This document shows positions 1-14,175 of a stretch of 64,000 nucleotides of DNA, piece by piece (positions within the stretch are counted from its first letter, which is position 1; every line of letters starts with the position of its first letter). The translations under genes and the position numbers were made by a program. This DNA is from Eledone cirrhosa (lineage: Eukaryota): NCBI GenBank assembly GCA_964016885.1, contig OZ024757.1:16926001-16990000 (forward strand). The letters are read 5' to 3'. Below the pieces are notes generated by a model. The model worked only from the letters and a program-made list of their open reading frames with translations, ran no database searches and was not told the origin of the DNA.

Positions 1-3000
1 TATATGTACTAAACAAGGATTTTCACTCTCTACCGTGGGATTGACGAGGGTTGAGCTGACCCTAGGACACTACAATCAAACCATACCTTAAAGCCGTTAC
101 TTACACCCTTTAACCTTGCACTGTCTAGGGTTTAGCCTATAGGATTTATATGTACTAAATAAGGATTTTCACTCTCTACCGTGGGATTGACGAGGGTTGA
201 GCTGACCCTAGGACACTACAATCAAACCATACCTTAAAGCCGTTACTTACACCCTTTAACCTTGCACTGTCTAGGGTTTAGCCTATAGGATTTATATGTA
301 CTAAACAAGGATTTTCACTCTCTACCGTGGGATTGACGAGGGTTGAGCTGACCCTAGGACACTACAATCAAACCATACCTTAAAGCCGTTACTTACACCC
401 TCTAACCTTGCACTGTCTAGGGTTTAGCCTATAGGATTTATATGTACTAAACAAGGATTTTCACTCTCTACCGTGGGATTGACGAGGGTTGAGCTGACCC
501 TAGGACACTACAATCACCATACCTTAAAGCCGTTACTTACACCCTTTAACCTTGCACTGTCTAGGGTTTAGCCTATAGGATTTATATGTACTAAACAAGG
601 ATTTTCACTCTCTACCGTGGGATTGACGAGGGTTGAGCTGACCCTAGGACACTACAATCAAACCATACCTTAAAGCCGTTACTTACACCCTTTAACCTTG
701 CACTGTCTAGGGTTTAGCCTATAGTATTTATATGTACTAAACAAGGATTTTCACTCTCTACCGTGGGATTGACGAGGGTTGAGCTGACCCTAGGACACTA
801 CAATCAAACCATACCTTAAAGCCGTTACTTACACCCTTTAACCTTGCACTGTCTAGGGTTTAGCCTATAGTATTTATATGTACTAAACAAGGATTTTCAC
901 TCTCTACCGTGGGATTGACGAGGGTTGAGCTGACCCTAGGACACTACAATCACCATACCTTAAAGCCGTCACTTACACCCTTTAACCTTGCACTGTCTAG
1001 GGTTTAGCCTATAGGATTTATATGTACTAAACATGGTTTTTCACTCTCTACTCTGGGATTGACGAGGGTTTAGCTGGCCCTATGAAACTACGAGCAAACC
1101 ATACCTTAAAGCCGTCACTTACACCCTCTATCCTTGCACTGTCTAGGGTTTAGCCTATAGGATTTATATGTACTAAACAAGGATTTTCACTCCATACCCT
1201 GGGATTGACGAGGTGGCCTATGGGATTTATATGTACTAAACATGGATTTTCACTCTCTACCGTGGGATTGACGAGGGTTGAGCTGACCCTAGGACACTAC
1301 AATCAAACCATACCTTAAAGCCGTTACTTACACCCTTTAACCTTGCACTGTCTAGGGTTTAGCCTATAGGATTTATATGTACTAAACAAGGATTTTCACT
1401 CCATACCCTGGGATTGACGAGGTGGCCTATGGGATTTATATGTACTAAACATGGATTTTCACTCTCTACCGTGGGATTGACGAGGGTTGAGCTGACCCTA
1501 GGACACTACAATCAAACCATACCTTAAAGCCGTTACTTACACCCTCTAACCTAGCACTGTCTAGGGTTTAGCCTATAGGATTGATATGTACTAAACAAGG
1601 ATTTTCACTCCATACCGTGGGATTGACGAGGGTTGAGCTGACCCTAGGACACTACAATCAAACCATACCTTAAAGCCGTTACTTACACCCTCTAACCTTG
1701 CACTGTCTAGGGTTTAGCCTATAGGATTGATATGTACTAAACATGGATTTTCACTCTCTACCGTGGGATTGACGAGGGTTGAGCTGACCCTAGGACACTA
1801 CAATCAAACCATACCTTAAAGCCGTTACTTACACACTTTAACCTTGCACTGTCTAGGGTTTAGCCTATAGGATTTATATGTACTAAACAAGGATTTTCAC
1901 TCTCTACCGTGGGATTGACGAGGGTTGAGCTGACCCTAGGACACTACAATCAAACCATACCTTAAAGCCGTTACTTACACCCTTTAACCTTGCACTGTCT
2001 AGGGTTTAGGCTATAGGATTTATATGTACTAAATAAGGATTTTCACTCTCTACCGTGGGATTGACGAGGGTTGAGCTGACCCTAGGACACTACAATCAAA
2101 CCATACCTTAAAGCCGTTACTTACACCCTTTAACCTTGCACTGTCTAGGGTTTAGCCTATAGGATTTATATGTACTAAACAAGGATTTTCACTCTCTACC
2201 GTGGGATTGACGAGGGTTGAGCTGACCCTAGGACACTACAATCAAACCATACCTTAAAGCCGTTACTTACACCCTCTAACCTTGCACTGTCTAGGGTTTA
2301 GCCTATAGGATTGATATGTACTAAACAAGGATTTTCACTCCATACCCTGGGATTGACGAGGTGGCCTATGGGATTTATATGTACTAAACATGGATTTTCA
2401 CTCTCTACCGTGAGATTGACGAGGGTTGAGCTGACCCTAGCACACTACAATCAAACCATACCTTAAAGACGTTACTTACACCCTTTAACCTTGCACTGTC
2501 TAGGGTTTAGCCTATAGGATTTTTATGTACAAAACAAGGATTTTCACTCCATACCCTGGGATTGACGAGGTGGCCTATGGGATTTATATGTACTAAACAT
2601 GGATTCTCACTCTCTACTGTGGGATTGATGAGGGTTGAGCTGACCCTAGGACACTACAATCAAACCATACCTTAAAGCCGTTACTTACACCCTCTAACCT
2701 TGCACTGTCTAGGGTTTAGCCTATAGGATTTATATGTACTAAACATGGTTTTTCACTCTCTACTCTGGGATTGACGAGGGTTTAGCTGGCCCTATGAAAC
2801 TACGAGCAAACCATACCTTAAAGCCGTCACTTACACCCTCTATCCTTGCACTGTCTAGGGTTTAGCCTATAGGATTTATATGTACTAAACATGGATTTTC
2901 ACTCTCTACCGTGGGATTGACGAGGGTTGAGCTGACCCTAGGACACTACAATCAAACCATACCTTAAAGCCGTTACTTACACCCTTTAACCTTGCACTGT

Positions 3001-6000
3001 CTAGGGTTTAGCCTATAGGATTTATATGTACTAAACAAGGATTTTCACTCCATACCCTGGGATTGACGAGGTGGCCTATGGGATTTATATGTACTAAACA
3101 TGGTTTTTCACTCTCTACCGTGGGATTGACGAGGGTTGAGCTGGCCCTAGGAAACTACGACCAAACCATACCTTAAAGCCGTTACTTACACCCTCTAACC
3201 TTGCACTGTCTAGGGTTTAGCCTATAGGATTTATATGTACTAAACAAGGATTTTCACTCCATACCCTGGGATTGACGAGGGTTGAGCTGACCCTAGGACA
3301 CTACAATCAAACCATACCTTAAAGCCGTTACTTACACCCTCTAACCTTGCACTGTCTAGGGTTTAGCCTATAGGATTGATATGTACTAAACAAGGATTTT
3401 CACTCCATACCGTGGGATTGACGAGGGTTGAGCTGACCCTAGGACACTACAATCAAACCATACCTTAAAGCCGTTACTTACACCCTTTAACCTTGCACTG
3501 TCTAGGGTTTAGGCTATAGGATTTATATGTACTAAATAAGGATTTTCACTCTCTACCGTGGGATTGACGAGGGTTGAGCTGACCCTAGGACACTACAATC
3601 AAACCATACCTTAAAGCCGTTACTTACACCCTTTAACCTTGCACTGTCTAGGGTTTAGCCTATAGGATTTATATGTACTAAACAAGGATTTTCACTCTCT
3701 ACCGTGGGATTGACGAGGGTTGAGCTGACCCTAGGACACTACAATCAAACCATACCTTAAAGCCGTTACTTACACCCTTTAACCTTGCACTGTCTAGGGT
3801 TTAGCCTATAGGATTTATATGTACTAAACAAGGATTTTCACTCTCTACCGTGGGATTGACGAGGGTTGAGCTGACCCTAGGACACTACAATCACCATACC
3901 TTAAAGCCGTTACTTACACCCTTTAACCTTGCACTGTCTAGGGTTTAGCCTATAGGATTTATATGTACTAAACAAGGATTTTCACTCTCTACCGTGGGAT
4001 TGACGAGGGTTGAGCTGACCCTAGGACACTACAATCACCATACCTTAAAGCCGTTACTTACACCCTTTAACCTTGCACTGTCTAGGGTTTAGCCTATAGG
4101 ATTTATATGTACTAAACAAGGATTTTCACTCTCTACCGTGGGATTGACGAGGGTTGAGCTGACCCTAGGACACTACAATCAAACCATACCTTAAAGCCGT
4201 TACTTACACCCTTTAACCTTGCACTGTCTAGGGTTTAGCCTATAGGATTTATATGTACTAAACAAGGATTTTCACTCTCTACCGTGGGATTGACGAGGGT
4301 TGAGATGACCCCAGGACACTACAATCAAACCATACCTTAAAGCCGTTACTTACACCCTTTAACCTTGCACTGTCTAGGGTTTAGCCTATAGGATTTATAT
4401 GTACTAAACAAGGATTTTCACTCTCTACCGTGGGATTGACGAGGGTTGAGCTGACCCTAGGACACTACAATCAAACCATACCTTAAAGCCGTTACTTACA
4501 CCCTTTAACCTTGCACTGTCTAGGGTTTAGCCTATAGGATTTATATGTACTAAACAAGGATTTTCACTCTCTACCGTGGGATTGACGAGGGTTGAGATGA
4601 CCCCAGGACACTACAATCAAACCATACCTTAAAGCCGTTACTTACACCCTTTAACCTTGCACTGTCTAGGGTTTAGCCTATAGGATTTATATGTACTAAA
4701 CAAGGATTTTCACTCTCTACCGTGGGATTGACGAGGGTTGAGCTGACCCTAGGACACTACAATCAAACCATACCTTAAAGCCGTTACTTACACCCTTTAA
4801 CCTTGCACTGTCTAGGGTTTAGCCTATAGGATTTATATGTACTAAATAAGGATTTTCACTCTCTACCGTGGGATTGACGAGGGTTTAGCTGACCCTAGGA
4901 CACTACAATCAAACCATACCTTAAAGCCGTTACTTACACCCTTTAACCTTGCACTGTCTAGGGTTTAGCCTATAGGATTTATATGTACTAAACAAGGATT
5001 TTCACTCTCTACCGTGGGATTGACGAGGGTTGAGATGACCCCAGGACACTACAAGCAAACCATACCTTAAAGGCGTCACTTACACCCTCTAACCTTGCAC
5101 TGTCTAGGGTTTAGCCTATAGTATTTATATGTACTAAACATGGTTTTTCACTCTCTACTCTGGGATTGACGAGGGTTTAGCTGGCCCTATGAAACTACGA
5201 GCAAACCATACCTTAAAGCCGTCACTTACACCCTCTATCCTTGCACTGTCTAGGGTTTAGCCTATAGGATTTATATGTACTAAACATGGATTTTCACTCT
5301 CTACCGTGGGATTGACGAGGGTTGAGCTGACCCTAGGACACTACAATCAAACCATACCTTAAAGCCGTTACTTACACCCTTTAACCTTGCACTGTCTAGG
5401 GTTTAGCCTATAGGATTTATATGTACTAAACAAGGATTTTCACTCTCTACCGTGGGATTGACGAGGGTTGAGCTGACCCTAGGACACTACAATCAAACCA
5501 TACCTTAAAGCCGTTACTTACACCCTTTAACCTTGCACTGTCTAGGGTTTAGCCTATAGGATTTATATGTACTAAACAAGGATTTTCACTCTCTACCGTG
5601 GGATTGACGAGGGTTGAGCTGACCCTAGGACACTACAATCAAACCATACCTTAAAGCCGTTACTTACACCCTTTAACCTTGCACTGTCTAGGGTTTAGCC
5701 TATAGGATTTATATGTACTAAACAAGGATTTTCACTCTCTACCGTGGGATTGACGAGGGTTGAGCTGACCCTAGGACACTACAATCAAACCATACCTTAA
5801 AGCCGTCACTTACACCCTCTAACCTTGCACTGTCTAGGGTTTAGCCTATAGGATTTATATGTCTTAAACATGGTTTTTCACTCTCTACCCTGGGATTGAC
5901 GAGGGTTTAGCTGGCCCTAGGAAACTACGACCAAACCATACCTTAAAGCCGTTACTTACACCCTCTAACCTTGCACTGTCTAGGGTTTAGCCTATAGGAT

Positions 6001-9000
6001 TTATATGTACTAAACAAGGATTTTCACTCCATACCCTGGGATTGACGAGGGTTGAGCTGGCCCTAGGACACTACAATCAAACCATACCTTAAAGCCGTCA
6101 CTTACACCCTCTAACCTTGCACTGTCTAGGGTTTAGCCTATAGGATTTATATGTATTAAACATGGTTTTTCACTCTCTACCCTGGGATTGACGAGGGTTT
6201 AGCTGGCCCTAGGAAACTACGACCAAACCATACCTTAAAGCCGTCACTTACACCCTCTAACCTTGCACTGTCTAGGGTTTAGCCTATAGGATTTATATGT
6301 ACTAAACAAGGATTTTCACTCTCTACCGTGGGATTGACGAGGGTTGAGCTGACCCTAGGACACTACAATCAAACCATACCTTAAAGCCGTTACTTACACC
6401 CTTTAACCTTGCACTGTCTAGGGTTTAGCCTATAGGATTTATATGTACTAAATAAGGATTTTCACTCTCTACCGTGGGATTGACGAGGGTTGAGCTGACC
6501 CTAGGACACTACAATCAAACCATACCTTAAAGCCGTTACTTACACCCTTTAACCTTGCACTGTCTAGGGTTTAGCCTATAGGATTTATATGTACTAAACA
6601 AGGATTTTCACTCTCTACCGTGGGATTGACGAGGGTTGAGCTGACCCTAGGACACTACAATCAAACCATACCTTAAAGCCGTTACTTACACCCTCTAACC
6701 TTGCACTGTCTAGGGTTTAGCCTATAGGATTTATATGTACTAAACAAGGATTTTCACTCTCTACCGTGGGATTGACGAGGGTTGAGCTGACCCTAGGACA
6801 CTACAATCACCATACCTTAAAGCCGTTACTTACACCCTTTAACCTTGCACTGTCTAGGGTTTAGCCTATAGGATTTATATGTACTAAACAAGGATTTTCA
6901 CTCTCTACCGTGGGATTGACGAGGGTTGAGCTGACCCTAGGACACTACAATCAAACCATACCTTAAAGCCGTTACTTACACCCTTTAACCTTGCACTGTC
7001 TAGGGTTTAGCCTATAGTATTTATATGTACTAAACAAGGATTTTCACTCTCTACCGTGGGATTGACGAGGGTTGAGCTGACCCTAGGACACTACAATCAA
7101 ACCATACCTTAAAGCCGTTACTTACACCCTTTAACCTTGCACTGTCTAGGGTTTAGCCTATAGTATTTATATGTACTAAACAAGGATTTTCACTCTCTAC
7201 CGTGGGATTGACGAGGGTTGAGCTGACCCTAGGACACTACAATCACCATACCTTAAAGCCGTCACTTACACCCTTTAACCTTGCACTGTCTAGGGTTTAG
7301 CCTATAGGATTTATATGTACTAAACATGGTTTTTCACTCTCTACTCTGGGATTGACGAGGGTTTAGCTGGCCCTATGAAACTACGAGCAAACCATACCTT
7401 AAAGCCGTCACTTACACCCTCTATCCTTGCACTGTCTAGGGTTTAGCCTATAGGATTTATATGTACTAAACAAGGATTTTCACTCCATACCCTGGGATTG
7501 ACGAGGTGGCCTATGGGATTTATATGTACTAAACATGGATTTTCACTCTCTACCGTGGGATTGACGAGGGTTGAGCTGACCCTAGGACACTACAATCAAA
7601 CCATACCTTAAAGCCGTTACTTACACCCTTTAACCTTGCACTGTCTAGGGTTTAGCCTATAGGATTTATATGTACTAAACAAGGATTTTCACTCCATACC
7701 CTGGGATTGACGAGGTGGCCTATGGGATTTATATGTACTAAACATGGATTTTCACTCTCTACCGTGGGATTGACGAGGGTTGAGCTGACCCTAGGACACT
7801 ACAATCAAACCATACCTTAAAGCCGTTACTTACACCCTCTAACCTAGCACTGTCTAGGGTTTAGCCTATAGGATTGATATGTACTAAACAAGGATTTTCA
7901 CTCCATACCGTGGGATTGACGAGGGTTGAGCTGACCCTAGGACACTACAATCAAACCATACCTTAAAGCCGTTACTTACACCCTCTAACCTTGCACTGTC
8001 TAGGGTTTAGCCTATAGGATTGATATGTACTAAACATGGATTTTCACTCTCTACCGTGGGATTGACGAGGGTTGAGCTGACCCTAGGACACTACAATCAA
8101 ACCATACCTTAAAGCCGTTACTTACACCCTTTAACCTTGCACTGTCTAGGGTTTAGCCTATAGGATTTATATGTACTAAACAAGGATTTTCACTCTCTAC
8201 CGTGGGATTGACGAGGGTTCAGCTGACCCTAGGACACTACAATCAAACCATACCTTAAAGCCGTTACTTACACCCTTTAACCTTGCACTGTCTAGGGTTT
8301 AGCCTATAGGATTTATATGTACTAAACAAGGATTTTCACTCTCTACCGTGGGATTGACGAGGGTTCAGCTGACCCTAGGACACTACAATCAAACCATACC
8401 TTAAAGCCGTTACTTACACCCTTTAACCTTGCACTGTCTAGGGTTTAGCCTATAGGATTTATATGTACTAAACAAGGATTTTCACTCTCTACCGTGGGAT
8501 TGACGAGGGTTCAGCTGACCCTAGGACACTACAATCAAACCATACCTTAAAGCCGTTACTTACACCCTTTAACCTTGCACTGTCTAGGGTTTAGCCTATA
8601 GGATTTATATGTACTAAACAAGGATTTTCACTCTCTACCGTGGGATTGACGAGGGTTCAGCTGACCCTAGGACACTACAATCAAACCATACCTTAAAGCC
8701 GTTACTTACACCCTTTAACCTTGCACTGTCTAGGGTTTAGCCTATAGGATTTATATGTACTAAACAAGGATTTTCACTCTCTACCGTGGGATTGACGAGG
8801 GTTCAGCTGACCCTAGGACACTACAATCAAACCATACCTTAAAGCCGTTACTTACACCCTTTAACCTTGCACTGTCTAGGGTTTAGCCTATAGGATTTAT
8901 ATGTACTAAACAAGGATTTTCACTCTCTACCGTGGGATTGACGAGGGTTCAGCTGACCCTAGGACACTACAATCAAACCATACCTTAAAGCCGTTACTTA

Positions 9001-12000
9001 CACCCTTTAACCTTGCACTGTCTAGGGTTTAGCCTATAGGATTTATATGTACTAAACAAGGATTTTCACTCTCTACCGTGGGATTGACGAGGGTTCAGCT
9101 GACCCTAGGACACTACAATCAAACCATACCTTAAAGCCGTTACTTACACCCTTTAACCTTGCACTGTCTAGGGTTTAGCCTATAGGATTTATATGTACTA
9201 AACAAGGATTTTCACTCTCTACCGTGGGATTGACGAGGGTTCAGCTGACCCTAGGACACTACAATCAAACCATACCTTAAAGCCGTTACTTACACCCTTT
9301 AACCTTGCACTGTCTAGGGTTTAGCCTATAGGATTTATATGTACTAAACAAGGATTTTCACTCTCTACCGTGGGATTGACGAGGGTTCAGCTGACCCTAG
9401 GACACTACAATCAAACCATACCTTAAAGCCGTTACTTACACCCTTTAACCTTGCACTGTCTAGGGTTTAGCCTATAGGATTTATATGTACTAAACAAGGA
9501 TTTTCACTCTCTACCGTGGGATTGACGAGGGTTCAGCTGACCCTAGGACACTACAATCAAACCATACCTTAAAGCCGTTACTTACACCCTTTAACCTTGC
9601 ACTGTCTAGGGTTTAGCCTATAGGATTTATATGTACTAAACAAGGATTTTCACTCTCTACCGTGGGATTGACGAGGGTTCAGCTGACCCTAGGACACTAC
9701 AATCAAACCATACCTTAAAGCCGTTACTTACACCCTTTAACCTTGCACTGTCTAGGGTTTAGCCTATAGGATTTATATGTACTAAACAAGGATTTTCACT
9801 CTCTACCGTGGGATTGACGAGGGTTGAGCTGACCCTAGGACACTACAATCAAACCATACCTTAAAGCCGTTACTTACACCCTTTAACCTTGCACTGTCTA
9901 GGGTTTAGCCTATAGGATTTATATGTACTAAACAAGGATTTTCACTCTCTACCGTGGGATTGACGAGGGTTCAGCTGACCCTAGGACACTACAATCAAAC
10001 CATACCTTAAAGCCGTTACTTACACCCTTTAACCTTGCACTGTCTAGGGTTTAGCCTATAGGATTTATATGTACTAAACAAGGATTTTCACTCTCTACCG
10101 TGGGATTGACGAGGGTTGAGCTGACCCTAGGACACTACAATCAAACCATACCTTAAAGCCGTTACTTACACCCTTTAACCTTGCACTGTCTAGGGTTTAG
10201 CCTATAGGATTTATATGTACTAAACAAGGATTTTCACTCTCTACCGTGGGATTGACGAGGGTTCAGCTGACCCTAGGACACTACAATCAAACCATACCTT
10301 AACGCCGTTACTTACACCCTTTAACCTTGCACTGTCTAGGGTTTAGCCTATAGGATTTATATGTACTAAACAAGGATTTTCACTCTCTACCGTGGGATTG
10401 ACGAGGGTTGAGCTGACCCTAGGACACTACAATCAAACCATACCTTAAAGCCGTTACTTACACCCTTTAACCTTGCACTGTCTAGGGTTTAGCCTATAGG
10501 ATTTATATGTACTAAACAAGGATTTTCACTCTACCGTGGGATTGACGAGGGTTGAGCTGACCCTAGGACACTACAATCAAACCATACCTTAAAGCCGTTA
10601 CTTACACCCTCTAACCTTGCACTGTCTAGGGTTTAGCCTATAGGATTTATATGTACTAAACAAGGATTTTCACTCCATAACCTGGGTTTGACGAGGGTTG
10701 AGCTGACCCTAGGACACTACAATCAAACCATACCTTAAAGCCGTCACTTACACCCTCTAACCTTGCACTGTCTAGGGTTTAGCCTATGGGATTTATATGT
10801 ACTAAACATGGATTTTCACTCTCTACCGTGGGATTGACGAGGGTTGAGCTGACCCTAGGACACTACAATCAAACCATACCTTAAAGCCGTCACTTACACC
10901 CTCTAACCTTGCACTGTCTAGGGTTTAGCCTATAGGATTTATATGTCTTAAACATGGTTTTTCACTCTCTACCCTGGGATTGACGAGGGTTTAGCTGGCC
11001 CTAGGAAACTACGACCAAACCATACCTTAAAGCCGTTACTTACACCCTCTAACCTTGCACTGTCTAGGGTTTAGCCTATAGGATTTATATGTACTAAACA
11101 AGGATTTTCACTCCATACCCTGGGATTGACGAGGGTTGAGCTGGCCCTAGGACACTACAATCAAACCATACCTTAAAGCCGTCACTTACACCCTCTAACC
11201 TTGCACTGTCTAGGGTTTAGCCTATAGGATTTATATGTATTAAACATGGTTTTTCACTCTCTACCCTGGGATTGACGAGGGTTTAGCTGGCCCTAGGAAA
11301 CTACGACCAAACCATACCTTAAAGCCGTCACTTACACCCTCTAACCTTGCACTGTCTAGGGTTTAGCCTATAGGATTTATATGTACTAAACAAGGATTTT
11401 CACTCTCTACCGTGGGATTGACGAGGGTTGAGCTGACCCTAGGACACTACAATCAAACCATACCTTAAAGCCGTTACTTACACCCTTTAACCTTGCACTG
11501 TCTAGGGTTTAGCCTATAGGATTTATATGTACTAAACATGGATTTTCACTCTCTACCGTGGGATTGACGAGGGTTGAGCTGGCCCTAGGACACTACAATC
11601 AAACCATACCTTCAAGCCGTTACTTTCGCCCTCTAACCTTGCGCTGTCTAGGGTTTAGCCTATAGGATTTATATGTACTAAACAAGGATTTTCACTCCAT
11701 ACCCTGGGATTAACGAGGGTTTAGCTGGCCCTAGGACACTACAATCAAACCATAGCTTAAAGCCATTACTTTCGCCCTCTAACTTTGTACTCTCTAGGGT
11801 TTGGCCTATGGGATTTATATGCATGGTTTTTCAATATCTACCCTGGGATTGATGAGGGTTTAGCTGGCCCTGGGAGACTACAAGCAAACCATACCTTAAA
11901 GCCGTTACTTACACCCTCTACCCTTGCACTGTCTAGGGTTTAGCCTATAGGATTTATATGTACTAAACAAGGATTTTCACTCCACACCCTGGGATTGACA

Positions 12001-12790
12001 AGGGTTTAGCTGGCCCTAGGACACTACAATCAAACCATAGCTTAAAGCCATTACTTTCGCCCTCTAACTTTGTACTCTCTAGGGTTTGGCCTATGGGATT
12101 TATATGTATTAAACATGGTATTTCACTCTCTACCCTGGGATTGACGAGGGGTTAGCTGGCCCTTGGAGACTACAAGCAAACCATACCTTAAAGTCGTCAC
12201 TTACACCCTCTAACCTTGCACTGTCTATGGTTTAGCCTATAGGATTTATATGTACTAAACATGGTTTTTCACTCTCTACCCTGAGATTGACGAGGGTTTA
12301 GTTGCCCCTAGGAGACTACAAGCAAACCATACTTTCGCCCTCTAACTTTGTACTCTCTCGGGTTTGGCCTATGGGATTTATATGCATGGTTTTTCAATAT
12401 CTACCCTGGGATTGACGAGGGTTTAGCTGGCCCTAGGAGACTACAAGCAAACCATACCTTAAAGCCGTTACTTTCGCCCTCTAACTTTGTACTGTCTAGG
12501 GTTTAGCCTATAGGATTTATATGTACTAAACATGGTTTTCAATATCTACCCTGGGATTGACGAGGGTCTAGCTGGCCCTAGGAAACTACAAGCAAACTAT
12601 ACCTGAAAGCCGTCACTTACACCCTCTAACCTTGCACTGTCTAGGGTTTAGCCTATAGGATTTATATGTACTAAACATGGTTTTCAATATCTACCCTGGG
12701 ATTGACGAGGGTTTAGCTGGCCCTAGGAGACTACAAGCAAACCATACCCTAAAGCCGTTAGTTTTGCCCTCTAACCTTGCACTGTCTAGG
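1..12790. repeat. Satellite DNA array, 146-bp monomer, roughly 90 copies, truncated by the window start
   Basis: TATATGTACTAAACAAGG recurs at 1, 147, 293 and onward. Monomers are near-identical in the interior and increasingly diverged from ~11500 to the end at ...ACTGTCTAGG (12790). Confidence 0.98.
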
Positions 12791-13249
12791 CTTGCACCAA
12801 AGGATCAACAATTTCAATGGACACCAAACAACACATATATATGAGTAAAGCATGGTGCAAGCAGACTTGCTTCATAGCGTGGAGGACCTGTCTGACGCAT
12901 GGGAAATAAGATCTTTGAAATTTATTAGTAAGTAGAAGAAAATGAAAATGTTAACAAATGTGAATAACACATAAAGAATATTTTTATTTGTGATGGCCAG
13001 GTACACTGGTTATCAACAACACCTAGATGGTGGCATGCTGAACTCAGTGTATAATACATAAACAGTTAATCAAATTTGTATTATCATTAGTGTTCTATGT
13101 TCGTGATGACCAGGTACACTGGTTCTCAACACCTAGATGGTGGCATGCTAAACTTAGTGAGACACTAGGAGAGGAGATAAGCACTGTTATACATTTCTAA
13201 GGTTCACTGAAATGTCATGATGGAGACACAGTAAAACATATAGAATAGC

Positions 13250-14175
13250 ACCCTAACAGCTGGGTGCACCAGCTATGGGAAATTTGTGTCCAGGGAAAGG
13301 TTGTTGGTGATGACCAGTGGTGCCTCTGTGTCCTATTTCAAGACGTTTGTCTTCCCAAGGGATGGTCGTTTCAAAATCCCTGCAGGCCTGGGAGAAGTGG
13401 TCCATCGGTATTTGGAGTTCCTGCTGGCCTGCATAATCGGCAAACAGCATATTTCTAATGAGGGTTTTTTTTGTACCTTTGACCTTGCTTTGAGGCAGGC
13501 AAAGTTGAACAGCCCTTCTCTGCTCTGTTATTCAGGAAGATCCCCTCTGTGTGGTGATAAATGCATGCTTCAAGAGCAGAGCAAAAACGATCCCAAAGAG
13601 TGTGAGCGCAAGGACGCAGCCTTGTTTTACGCCGCTTGGAATGCTGAATGGGTACAAGGTGCCCCCATTAAACTGCACTGTCCCTCTCATATGGATTGGA
13701 AAGATTCAATCATGCTCTGTAGTTCCAGTGGGCAGCAAATCTTTTGGGAGGATCTTGAAAAGGCTGTCTCTACTGACCAGGTCAAACGCTTTGGTGATGT
13801 CAATAAAAGCAACATACAGGGTTCTGTTCCCTGCAATTCTCCTGGAGTTGGCAGAGAGAGAAGACATGCCTACTGTTGATCGCTTTGTCAGCTCCTGCAG
13901 GTGGATCAAGATAACCCATGCGAATACCTTGCCGATGACACTGAGGAGGTAGATGCCCCTGTAGTTGTTGCAGTTGCTTCTTTTCCCCTTGTTTTCATAG
14001 AGGGTGATGATCTTGGCATCCTTCTTGCAAGCACTGGCGGGGGACTTGATGCAGTGGCCACAGTAGGGTAGTCCTGCATTGCTTGATCAGGTCGGAGGGG
14101 GGGGGGACTATCATCACCTGGGGCTTGCCCAAGGCCAAGCTGTTAATGGCCTTGTTGAGCTCTCCCAAAGGTGTG
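13250..14175 (-). mobile_element. Decayed RTE-clade LINE reverse transcriptase fragment
   Basis: Minus-strand translation across frameshifts gives DAKIITL...NCNNYRGIYLLSVIGKVFA and LYVAFIDITKAFDLVSRDSLFKILPK, typical non-LTR RT motifs. Confidence 0.9.

Noticed and set aside
1-12790. True telomeric repeat array
   Set aside because: Only isolated TAGGGTTTAG or CCCTTTAA words per monomer; no (TTAGGG)n run.
13286-13952. Plus-strand 197-aa and 133-aa ORFs
   Set aside because: Antisense to a decayed LINE RT; no recognisable protein features.
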